A stretch of DNA of 64,000 bases from Candidatus Angelobacter sp. (GCA_035606845.1 DATNEA010000047.1:36933-100932); one strand, 5' to 3'; positions 48,163 to 55,888 are shown, counted from the stretch's first letter. The notes: a model not told the origin generated them from the sequence alone. Numbers and translations are program-made.

Positions 48163-49239
48163 TCACTTCACAACTGGCAACTCATCCGTCTTCTTCTCGC
48201 GCCGGGGCTTCAGATCAATATAAGTCGGCTGATTCGGATTCGTATACATCAGCTTTCCATCAATCACCTTCAACTCGACGACATTGATCGAAATACCATG
48301 GCGCGGACGAGCACCGGAGTCGCCCGCCTCCGCAGGCGCGGCAGCCGGGGCATTGGTGGAAGGAATCACCGCCCAATGAATATTCCCGATCCGTTGCCCG
48401 CCAAAATAAAACCACCACGCCCGCCCGCCGCTGACCACCACATCACCGTGGCTGCCATAAAGCGTGCTGTCCTGCGGCGTCCAATGCGTGCAATCATCCG
48501 AGGACCAGATCGCCTGGCCCTCCGGCCGGTCCGTGTCGGCGAGCAGCCAGTATTTTCCGCCGAAACGGAAACACGCCGGACCTTCGCCGTTTCGATCCGT
48601 CACCGCGTTGCCCTTCACGTCCCAATGATAAAGATCGGTGCTGTCCGCGTAACAAATCGTGCGCCGCCTTGCCTCGTCCTTGTAGAACATGCGCCAGACG
48701 CCATTGGTCATTCGAAAAATGGCCGGATCAATCACCTTTTCCGAATGGAGATCCACTTTCCCAACCGTGTCCCACTTGACGCCGTCCCGGCTCGTGAGAT
48801 GCGCAATCTCCCGTGGATGCCCCCAATCGCTGAAAATTCCCGGCACGAACGCGAGAAACATGTGGTATTTGCCGTAGGCCCATAAAACCTCCGGCGCCCA
48901 ATACGTGTAATTCGTCGGGCACCGATCCTGCCCGTATGTGATATCCGCCGTGCCCATATATTTCCACGTCGCGCCGCCATCTTCCGAAGTCGCCATGCCG
49001 ATCTTTGTTCCATGAATCAGCGGAATGCCGTCGCCGCGACGTTGGGTGTAATACATGAACCACTTTTTCGCTTCCGGCTCATAAACAATGACCGGATCGG
49101 TCGGATGATCAAAAACCGGGTCGCGATAAAGCGGCCGGGCGGCAATTTTGCCCGCCGGATGAGTTTGGATATCCGACGCCTGCGCCGAAACCAACCCCGC
49201 GCAAACGCAAGCCAGGAACACTTGGGAAATGATTTTCAT
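48163..49239 (-). CDS. GH43/GH32-superfamily five-bladed beta-propeller glycoside hydrolase
   Basis: Signal peptide present. Motifs FDHPTDPVIV, YWAPEVLWAYGKYHMF and VIDPAIFRMTNGVWRMFY are present. Confidence 0.6.
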   Translation of the reverse strand: MKIISQVFLACVCAGLVSAQASDIQTHPAGKIAARPLYRDPVFDHPTDPVIVYEPEAKKWFMYYTQRRGDGIPLIHGTKIGMATSEDGGATWKYMGTADITYGQDRCPTNYTYWAPEVLWAYGKYHMFLAFVPGIFSDWGHPREIAHLTSRDGVKWDTVGKVDLHSEKVIDPAIFRMTNGVWRMFYKDEARRRTICYADSTDLYHWDVKGNAVTDRNGEGPACFRFGGKYWLLADTDRPEGQAIWSSDDCTHWTPQDSTLYGSHGDVVVSGGRAWWFYFGGQRIGNIHWAVIPSTNAPAAAPAEAGDSGARPRHGISINVVELKVIDGKLMYTNPNQPTYIDLKPRREKKTDELPVVK

Positions 49240-49483
49240 GAAATCGAGCCAGCCGTGAATACATTTTTGATTCCAAACATAATCCAGTAATCCATTGGAT
49301 GATAGCTAGGGCCGGTTAATCGAACACCTCTTTTTCCATGGCCAACATGGGTAGGCCATTAAAACAGAGAAAAACATTTTCCAATGGCGATGGCGTGCTG
49401 ATCTTTGTGGCTCCGTTGATGATGAGCTTGCCGCTTACACGAATTCAGGCATAGTATTCTGCCGAAGAAGGCAGCGAACGGTC

Positions 49484-49560
49484 GCGCCCGTAGCTCAGTT
49501 GGATAGAGCATCTGCCTTCTAAGCAGGTGGTCCCGCGTTCGAATCGCGGCGGGCGCGCCA
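49484..49560 (+). tRNA. tRNA-Arg (anticodon UCU), CCA encoded
   Basis: Manual cloverleaf: acceptor GCGCCCG/CGGGCGC, D-arm GCTC-AGTTGGATA-GAGC, anticodon arm TCTGC-CTTCTAA-GCAGG (anticodon TCT), variable TGGTC, T-arm CCGCG-TTCGAAT-CGCGG, discriminator G, then CCA. Confidence 0.9.
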
Positions 49561-49835
49561 TTCCAGTTGTCAGCCTGTTGCATGCGCGGATAGTCCGTTT
49601 GGCTGGCCACGGATGATCAATCCCAAAAACTTCAACCTCAGGTTTCTGTTTCGTTTTTCACCCTCAGCGGCGTGCCGAGCCTGAGCGTGATACAAAGTTT
49701 TTTGATGTGGTTGTGCTCGTCCGGCGACCGCGTCACGCCTGCTCCGTGACACTATTGAAAAATTTTCAGCGATTTCTTGAAAGAATTGCCCATTTTCCAC
49801 GTATAACTGGAAACAAAGAGTGGGAGCATTGACAC

Positions 49836-50015
49836 ATGGCTTACACCATAAATTTAGACGGGGAATCCATCCCCAAGGAAGAGCTGGACTTGCTGAGAAT
49901 CAAGCAAGCCATTCTGGACAAGTTGCGTGTCCGCTTCGGTGAAAACCCGAATCAGATGCCGTGGAACTCCGCCCAAAACGCGGCCACCGAAACCAAATCC
50001 CTCCGCCGGCAATAA
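49836..50015 (+). CDS. Hypothetical 59-aa protein (below the ORF-track cutoff)
   Basis: ATG..TAA read by hand: MAYTINLDGESIPKEELDLLRIKQAILDKLRVRFGENPNQMPWNSAQNAATETKSLRRQ. GGGAG lies ~12 nt upstream, and a TTGAAA...TATAAC promoter-like pair lies upstream. It uses AT-rich codons (ATA, TTA, AGA) atypical for the window. It may not be expressed. Confidence 0.25.
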   Translation: MAYTINLDGESIPKEELDLLRIKQAILDKLRVRFGENPNQMPWNSAQNAATETKSLRRQ

Positions 50016-50054
50016 GCCCGCGCCCGCCGCGATCAATCAAATGCATCCGGGCGC

Positions 50055-50642
50055 TCAGGCGTGGACGCTTTCCTGTTCCGGCACGTCTCCACTCGCTTCG
50101 GTTTCGAACGTTTCAGCAGATCGAGCTTCATTCACCAGCCGCTCGTAGAGAAACAGACAGGAGTCCTCGTCCATTGTCGGCAGCAAGTTTGAGCAGTGCG
50201 GGCAACTGGCATATTGGCTCGCGCTCACGCACTGAAGGAAAGTCTGCGGCCGTTCGAGGCGAAAAATTGTTTCGGGATACCGCTCCACCGGCTCATGCAG
50301 CGTCACCAGCACCGGAATTCCCGGCGCCGGAAGATACTCATAAAAATCCAATCCGTGCATGTGGATCAGGTCAATCGGCCACTTCTCAAGAAAGGTTTGC
50401 AAGGTATACCGGTACTGAGCATGGATGCGCTGGCGTTCGGCTTCGACTTGGGGATTGGCGGGTTTCGGCGTGGCCAGCAGAATTCCTTCCGTCACCGAGC
50501 CTTCGCACGCCATCACAAAAGATTCATGCCCGAGGCGGGCAAGCGCCGAGTCGAGGCGCGCCACGACCTGTTCGGCGCCGCCCAATGCGTCCGGGCAAAC
50601 CCTGGCGAACGGATGGGCAACATTCAGTACCACTAATTTCAT
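50055..50642 (-). CDS. GT4-type glycosyltransferase, N-terminal (Glyco_trans_4-like) domain only; probably truncated
   Basis: MKLVVLNVAHPF...GGAEQVVARLDSALARLGHESFV...IHMHGLDF...PVLVTLHEP matches the N-half of GT4 enzymes. The usual C-terminal Rossmann half (EX7E region) is absent and no downstream frame supplies it. Confidence 0.5.
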   Translation of the reverse strand: MKLVVLNVAHPFARVCPDALGGAEQVVARLDSALARLGHESFVMACEGSVTEGILLATPKPANPQVEAERQRIHAQYRYTLQTFLEKWPIDLIHMHGLDFYEYLPAPGIPVLVTLHEPVERYPETIFRLERPQTFLQCVSASQYASCPHCSNLLPTMDEDSCLFLYERLVNEARSAETFETEASGDVPEQESVHA

Positions 50643-50754
50643 AGCGAGTTAATGAACGCCTCCTTCGAGTCGCACTCAATAAGGGGTTCCCCTATCTGGG
50701 ATTGGATTTTCTACGGCGTACCTTCGGCTACCGCGATCGTCGATTCGCGGTTGG

Positions 50755-50845
50755 TCGTCCTCGTCCTCCTTCTCGTGTTCCTTCTCGTGTTCGTTCTCGA
50801 AATTCCCGGCAGATCGAGGACGAGGAGGAGAACGAGCAACGAACT
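50755..50845. repeat. Low-complexity pyrimidine tract (GTC/CTC)n followed by a complementary purine tract (GAG/GAC)n
   Basis: The tract reads GTCGTCCTCGTCCTCCTTCTCGTGTTCCTTCTCGTGTTCGTTCTCG ... CGAGGACGAGGAGGAGAACGAGCAACGAAC. TCCTCGTCCTC can pair with GAGGACGAGGA. An internal 12-bp unit CCTTCTCGTGTT occurs twice. Confidence 0.7.
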
Positions 50846-50889
50846 TTTGAAAGCGTTTGGATGAAGCTGAATTTTTGCGACCGAAATAA

Positions 50890-52113
50890 TCACACTGCGG
50901 CGAGTTTCAAAACCTCCAGCGCATACTTCTCCAACTCGAACGCCCGATGCCGCGTGGTGTGCTTCGCCAGCACGCATTCGCGCGCCCGGTAACCGATTCG
51001 CCGCCGTTGCAGCTCGGAAATTTCCTCCAGATAAATCATCGTCTCATCCGCCGTATGGGAAATCAGGATTTCATCGTCCGGTTTGAAAAACGTTTCCAGC
51101 CCCGGCCAGAATTCCGTAATCACCGGCGTGCCGCAGGCCGCCGCTTCAAACATCCGGAGATTCGGAGAAAAACCGGCCGCAATCGAATTGGGCGGCGTCA
51201 AGTTCAGCGCAAAGCGTTGCGAATTGTAAAACTCGCGATGCCTTCGTTCTGGCACATCCGGTCGGCGCTTCACGTTTTTAGGCCAGCGCGCACTGCGCGG
51301 ATATCCCGAACCTGCCACCATGAAAATGCCGTCCTCCCATCGCCGCGCCGGTTCGATCAGCAAGCGTTCCAAGGCCGGCTGTCGCTCCTCGCAATAATCG
51401 CCCAGATAACCGAGGTCCCATTTCGCTTCCTGTCGCTCCGGGAAAAATTGCCGGGCATCCACCGAACAATAAAGCGGCCGCGCCATCCGCGCGCCCCAGT
51501 GCTTTTCCATGTAATCCAGGAACGGCCCGCCCACCAGCGAAAGATAAAGGTCAAACCGCCGTGCCAATGCCGGTGAAATCGAACTTCCGTTTCCACCGGC
51601 GAACTTTGTCATCGTGGCGGGTGCAGCCAGATCGTAAAAGGCCGCCGCTCCCCGCGCGCGCCGAACAACCCATTCGGCAATTTCAGTCCCCTCGTCCAAG
51701 TGTGAACTGACGACGATTAGATCGGCTTCGCGAATTTCGCCTGCGAAGCGCTCTTTCAATTCCTTCAGCCCGGCGTAGTGCTGCTTGCGCCCGAAAGGCC
51801 ACTGCTTCGATTCCCCATCAACGGGCAGGTTTCGCTCGCGCTCCAGAAAACCCGCGTCATGACCTCGCGCGCTCAGATCCCGGATGAGCCCGCCGAAAAT
51901 CGTCGCCTTAGTCTGATCGGATGGCCCAAGAAAAACCATTTTCAAGCGCCGAAAATCCGGCTGGCCATTGCCATGCCCCAACAATGACCGCGGCGGACTT
52001 AACAAGGCCTTCGTATCCAGCCGCGAAACCAAATCCGATCTCGCAGCGCCGTTTACCGCGCTTCGCTCAACCAAGCCGTTGTGAGCCGGAAGGTCCAATT
52101 GTCTCGATTTCAC
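50890..52113 (-). CDS. CgeB-like / Glyco_trans_1_2-type glycosyltransferase-like protein (paralogue B)
   Basis: C-terminal GFSPNLRMFEAAACGTPVITEFWPGLETFFKPDDEIL...AKHTTRHRA is typical of the CgeB/DUF3880 family. Start 52113 gives an ATGA overlap with the upstream gene. An alternative ATG at 51939 (MVFLG) aligns better with paralogue A. Confidence 0.6.
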   Translation of the reverse strand: MKSRQLDLPAHNGLVERSAVNGAARSDLVSRLDTKALLSPPRSLLGHGNGQPDFRRLKMVFLGPSDQTKATIFGGLIRDLSARGHDAGFLERERNLPVDGESKQWPFGRKQHYAGLKELKERFAGEIREADLIVVSSHLDEGTEIAEWVVRRARGAAAFYDLAAPATMTKFAGGNGSSISPALARRFDLYLSLVGGPFLDYMEKHWGARMARPLYCSVDARQFFPERQEAKWDLGYLGDYCEERQPALERLLIEPARRWEDGIFMVAGSGYPRSARWPKNVKRRPDVPERRHREFYNSQRFALNLTPPNSIAAGFSPNLRMFEAAACGTPVITEFWPGLETFFKPDDEILISHTADETMIYLEEISELQRRRIGYRARECVLAKHTTRHRAFELEKYALEVLKLAAV

Positions 52114-53204
52114 GCGATCACCCTTCCCAATTTGTTCTCCGACACTTTCTCCAGCAATTCCGCGCGGTTCGCATACGTATGCGCCGCGAGCACGCGCGCA
52201 TGCGCGGCGCGGCCGATTTCCCGCGCTTTTTCCGGAGTCAATTGCCGCAAATGTTCAGCCACTTCCTCGCCGTTCCCCGCCGTGAGCACCTCGCGGTCTG
52301 GTTCAAGGAACATTTCGATCCCCTCCCATTTGTTCGAAATCACGCATGCGCCGGCTCCGGCGGCTTCGAAAACTCCCGCCGGCGGCGAAAACCCGTACCG
52401 CGCCATGCAGCCGCGATTCATGTTCAGGATCGCGCGCGGTGAACTGTTGAACGCGTTATGTTCGTGGCCTTCGATGGCGCCGGCGTAATTCACATTCGCC
52501 GGCATTGTTTTGTCCTGCCAACCGCCGCCAGTGAGGAGAAATTTCTTTTCCGCCAAAGCCGTTGCCGGTTTGAAAAAGAATTCCTCCACGCGCGCCTCTC
52601 GTTCCGGCACCCGGTTGTTCAAAAATCCCAAATCGGCGTCAAAGCGTTTTTCCCGCGGCACCGGAAAATGCGTGTTCGGATCGAGCGCATCATGCATCAG
52701 CACGCACTCCGTCGCGCCAAGGCCCGTATAAGCTTCGATCAGGGGCGCCCCGCCGCCACGCGCCAGGATGAAATCATATTCCGGAACCAGCGTGCGAAAC
52801 GAGTTTTCCGGGTCGCTGGCCATTCGATCCAGAGTCACCGGCGATTCCAAATCCAGGAAAGCCACGAGCGTTTCCGGCCGTTTCAATTCCAGCACCGCCG
52901 CTTCCAGCAACTCATCGCACACGCCCACGCCGCTGCACTTGATGATCAGATCACTCGTTTCCGCCTTCTCCAAAGCATCCAGCGCGCTCTCGTCATCAGC
53001 CCGATATGCCACCACTCTCGCCCAATGCGGATCCGGCAGATCGCGATGGTTGCGTCGCTCGGCAACATCCGGTTCGTAGAAGGTGACGCGATGACCGCGC
53101 TCGGACAACGCCCGGATAAGCCCGCGGTAAAAAGCTGCGGCAGTGTTTTGATAAGCCGAGACAAGGCTCGAACCGAAAAAGGAAATGTTCAGTCGATGCC
53201 TCAT
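52110..53204 (-). CDS. CgeB-like / Glyco_trans_1_2-type glycosyltransferase-like protein (paralogue A)
   Basis: Aligns along its length with 50890..52113: RGLIRALSERGH/GGLIRDLSARGH, DLGFLNN/DLGYLGD, GFSPPAGVFEAAGAGACVISN/GFSPNLRMFEAAACGTPVITE. Four-nt overlaps occur at both ends. Confidence 0.6.
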   Translation of the reverse strand: MRHRLNISFFGSSLVSAYQNTAAAFYRGLIRALSERGHRVTFYEPDVAERRNHRDLPDPHWARVVAYRADDESALDALEKAETSDLIIKCSGVGVCDELLEAAVLELKRPETLVAFLDLESPVTLDRMASDPENSFRTLVPEYDFILARGGGAPLIEAYTGLGATECVLMHDALDPNTHFPVPREKRFDADLGFLNNRVPEREARVEEFFFKPATALAEKKFLLTGGGWQDKTMPANVNYAGAIEGHEHNAFNSSPRAILNMNRGCMARYGFSPPAGVFEAAGAGACVISNKWEGIEMFLEPDREVLTAGNGEEVAEHLRQLTPEKAREIGRAAHARVLAAHTYANRAELLEKVSENKLGRVIA

Positions 53205-53494
53205 GGCGCAGGCGCGGTTTGCTTTGGTTGTTTTGCTTCCGCGGCCATGTCCCCGGCCGGCGAATCGCCGGTTCCTGAATCAGCCAGGCCACGCCCGAAC
53301 GCGATCTTCGCCGCTTCACCCCGCGACTCGTTCGGCGTGGCCATGGCCGTCCCATCCAATCCCACCTCCAGTAAATTGCTCAACCTGGTTAACACCGCGG
53401 TTTCAAGAAAGGTGCGCTCATTTTTTTTGACCCCGGAAAGATTTTGTTCAGGCAGGCAATGGGGCGGAATCGATTCATCAAGCAGCGTTCTCAT
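53201..53494 (-). CDS. Hypothetical 97-aa protein, first gene of the CgeB-like operon
   Basis: Its stop overlaps the start of 52110..53204 by 4 nt, suggesting translational coupling. No recognisable motif. The C-terminus is Ala/Gly/Pro-rich and acidic. Confidence 0.4.
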   Translation of the reverse strand: MRTLLDESIPPHCLPEQNLSGVKKNERTFLETAVLTRLSNLLEVGLDGTAMATPNESRGEAAKIAFGRGLADSGTGDSPAGDMAAEAKQPKQTAPAP

Positions 53495-53706
53495 GCGTCA
53501 GCCATTTTTGTGTCGAAGGCGTGCAGCCATGTTTTGTTCATTCAATCCCATGTCTCTATTTATGTTCGTTAAGGATATTAAGCGGGGAATTTACAACAAT
53601 CGGGCGACAACCCCGTTTGAGTATTGGAATACCCTCCACGTAAAAAGCGAAACGTGTCAGACAAACCCGGCGCTTCTCCTCGGAAAAGAACTCCGCGCCC
53701 CTCACT

Positions 53707-54636
53707 TTGCATTTACGAGTCGCGGTTTACGATTTACGATGCCTCCCCGTGCTGAACCTGGAACAACTTTCTGAACTATTGGAAAAAAATCGGGCCGCGG
53801 CTTCCGTCCGCGTGAAGGAATTTTCCATCGGCGCGAAACAATTCAGCTTTAATTCCGCTCCCGCCATCATGGGCGTCGTGAATCTCTCGGCCGACTCCTG
53901 GTATCGCGAAAGCGTTTGCCTCACGGCCGATGCCGCCATCCAGCGCGGGCGCGTATTGCACGCGCAAGGCGCGGATATCATCGATATTGGCGCTGAATCG
54001 ACCCTCGCGCAGGCCGCGCGCGCCGACGAAGCCCTCCAGAACAGCCGGCTCATTCCGGTGATCGAAAGCCTCCATGCCGCCGACATTCTCGTCTCCGTGG
54101 AAACCTACCAACCCGCCGTCATTCGCGCTTGTTTCGACGCCGGCGCGAGCGTGTTGAACCTCACCGGCGCGGAGCAAACTGAGGAATTGTTCCGCACCGT
54201 CGCCGCGCACGATGCGGCGGTGATCATTTGTTACGTCCAGGGCAAAAACGTGCGCGAAGTCGGCGATTTCGATTTCACTGTCGATCCCATCGGCATGATG
54301 CGCGATTATTTTTCCCGCCAGATTGAAATCGCGCAGCGCAACGGCGTGGAAAAAATCATTCTCGATCCCGGCTTGGGGTTTTATTATCGCAACCTGCAGG
54401 ACAGCGCCGTTCGTGTGCGGCATCAGATGAATATTTTCCTGAACACGTTCCGCCTCCGCACGCTCGGCTTTCCCATCTGCCACGCGCTGCCCCACGCCTT
54501 CGAATATTTCAGCGAAGAAGTCCGTTGCGCCGAGCCTTTCTTCGCCGTCCTCGCCGCCTTGGGCAAAACCGATTTGTTCCGCACCCACGAAGTCCCCCGC
54601 ATCCGCAGCGTGCTGGAAACGATGAAAGTGATTTGA
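53707..54636 (+). CDS. Pterin-binding, dihydropteroate-synthase-like protein (divergent)
   Basis: Motifs MGVVNLSADSW, ADIIDIGAEST, VSVETYQP, VLNLTGA, ILDPGLGF and FRTHEV parallel the DHPS motifs GILNVTPDSF, DIIDIGGESTRPG, ISVDT, INDISG, DPGFGF and RVHDV. Several canonical residues are replaced. The start is uncertain (TTG 53707 or GTG 53749). Confidence 0.6.
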   Translation: MHLRVAVYDLRCLPVLNLEQLSELLEKNRAAASVRVKEFSIGAKQFSFNSAPAIMGVVNLSADSWYRESVCLTADAAIQRGRVLHAQGADIIDIGAESTLAQAARADEALQNSRLIPVIESLHAADILVSVETYQPAVIRACFDAGASVLNLTGAEQTEELFRTVAAHDAAVIICYVQGKNVREVGDFDFTVDPIGMMRDYFSRQIEIAQRNGVEKIILDPGLGFYYRNLQDSAVRVRHQMNIFLNTFRLRTLGFPICHALPHAFEYFSEEVRCAEPFFAVLAALGKTDLFRTHEVPRIRSVLETMKVI

Positions 54637-54704
54637 AGCGATCGAGCAGGAATACGACAACGAAGGCAGCTTCCATTTTTGACGGCCCGATGCCAAGCAC
54701 CCCG

Positions 54705-54887
54705 GTCCCGAAGGGACTTTCGACAATAGCGCGGCGTTTTAACGCCGGGAATCGACCAGTCGCCTCACGAGTTCCGGAGGGACGGCTGAATTGGTGACCT
54801 TTCCAGCCGTCCCTCCGGGACTTGGCTGCTTTCACGTTCGGCCCGGCAGTAAACTGCCGGGCTATTTTCATAGGTTCCTTCGGAACC
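54705..54887. repeat. Composite of the three-hairpin REP-like unit (inverted copy plus partial second copy)
   Basis: 54841-54887 is the reverse complement of 10336-10384, with only a few differences. A 15-bp perfect stem is formed by CCGGAGGGACGGCTG (54774-54788) and CAGCCGTCCCTCCGG (54804-54818). GTCCCGAAGGGAC lies at 54705-54717. The composite sits between convergent genes. Confidence 0.8.
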
Positions 54888-54910
54888 AAGCGGCACGACC
54901 GTTCAAAAAT

Positions 54911-55888
54911 TCAGATGCGTCGCCGGCAAAGAAACACCCCTTCCTCTTCCGATTTGGTAATCCATTGGCCAAGCACCGCCAACCCATGCCGTTCCAAACG
55001 CTCGCGAACCAATTCAGCCGTGTATCGATACGAGAAGAAAAGCCGGATGAACTCACCGTTGCGAAACTCAAACCGTTCGCTCTCCAGCGCGACCGCGCGG
55101 GCTTTTTCGAAGCGAAAACGCGCCACAATCCGTTTCAATTCGGCAACATCTTCAATGTCAAATCGCAATTCCCCATCGTCCTCCTGAACACCCAAATCCA
55201 GAAGAAACGTCATCAGCCAGTCGCGCGTGAGCGCATTGTCATACTGCGGCAGGACTTTTTTGACGCCCGCCTCATAATCGCCCCCCGGCGCCAGATTTGC
55301 GCTAAATAACAGCCAGTCCTCCGCCCGCACACTCGACGCCAGTTTCGTCAGAATCATCTCCGGCTCAAAATTCGGAATCATGCCGAAAAATGTAAGCAGA
55401 CGTGTTGCGTGTTGGGTGTTGCGTTGCTCGAACGCGCGCGATAAATCATCCGCGCCGGCCAAATCGCACACGAAGGGAAAACAGTTCTCGTCCGCGCAAA
55501 CTGACAGCGCCGTTTGCCGCGCCGTCAACACCATCGCCGTGCTGACATCGCATGGCGTGTAAAAAATATCCACGCCGCGATTGTTCAACAGCCGCAGCAA
55601 GCGCGTGTCCTTTTGCCCGCCGCCGCAGCCGAGGCCGATCAAATGCACCCGTTTCGCCTCAATTCCTGCCGCCGCCACCTCAAAGCCCGCGTCATAAATC
55701 GCCGCGCAATCCTCGTCGTTGCGCGATGGCGAATGGATTTGATGCAGCGCCAGCCACTTTTGCGTTTGCTTGACGCTATCGTAATGAAATTTGTGGTTCA
55801 CCGCGCGCGCGCGCAGCGATTCCACCAAATCCCGCCGCACCGCGTCCGGGAACTGGCTCGAATGAATGGCCACATTGACCTGCGACAT
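54911..55888 (-). CDS. EgtD-like (Methyltransf_33) SAM-dependent methyltransferase
   Basis: HLIGLGCGGGQKD (SAM-binding G-rich loop), LLTFFGMIPNFEPE (cf. FLGSTIGNF) and QYDNALTRDWLMTFLLDLG resemble the histidine N-alpha-methyltransferase family. No egtB/egtC-like neighbour is present. Confidence 0.6.
   Translation of the reverse strand: MSQVNVAIHSSQFPDAVRRDLVESLRARAVNHKFHYDSVKQTQKWLALHQIHSPSRNDEDCAAIYDAGFEVAAAGIEAKRVHLIGLGCGGGQKDTRLLRLLNNRGVDIFYTPCDVSTAMVLTARQTALSVCADENCFPFVCDLAGADDLSRAFEQRNTQHATRLLTFFGMIPNFEPEMILTKLASSVRAEDWLLFSANLAPGGDYEAGVKKVLPQYDNALTRDWLMTFLLDLGVQEDDGELRFDIEDVAELKRIVARFRFEKARAVALESERFEFRNGEFIRLFFSYRYTAELVRERLERHGLAVLGQWITKSEEEGVFLCRRRI

Noticed and set aside
50652-50864. 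70-aa ORF (MNASFESH...VLVLLLVFLLVFVLEIPGRSRTRRRTS) and the overlapping 88-aa and 96-aa ORFs.
   Set aside because: Their sequences are direct read-outs of the pyrimidine/purine low-complexity repeat, so they have no independent coding evidence.
49484-53494. Calling the tRNA-adjacent segment a genomic island or integrated mobile element.
   Set aside because: I could find no integrase, transposase or phage gene, and no direct repeat of the tRNA 3' end by eye. Only the local composition change and the truncated GT4 gene support it, so it is reported as a finding to test, not as a mobile-element feature.
53495-53706. Possible riboswitch (THF/ZTP-type) in the leader of the DHPS-like gene.
   Set aside because: I could not recognise any conserved riboswitch core sequence or convincing nested helices in this AT-rich spacer. 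It is more simply a divergent promoter region.
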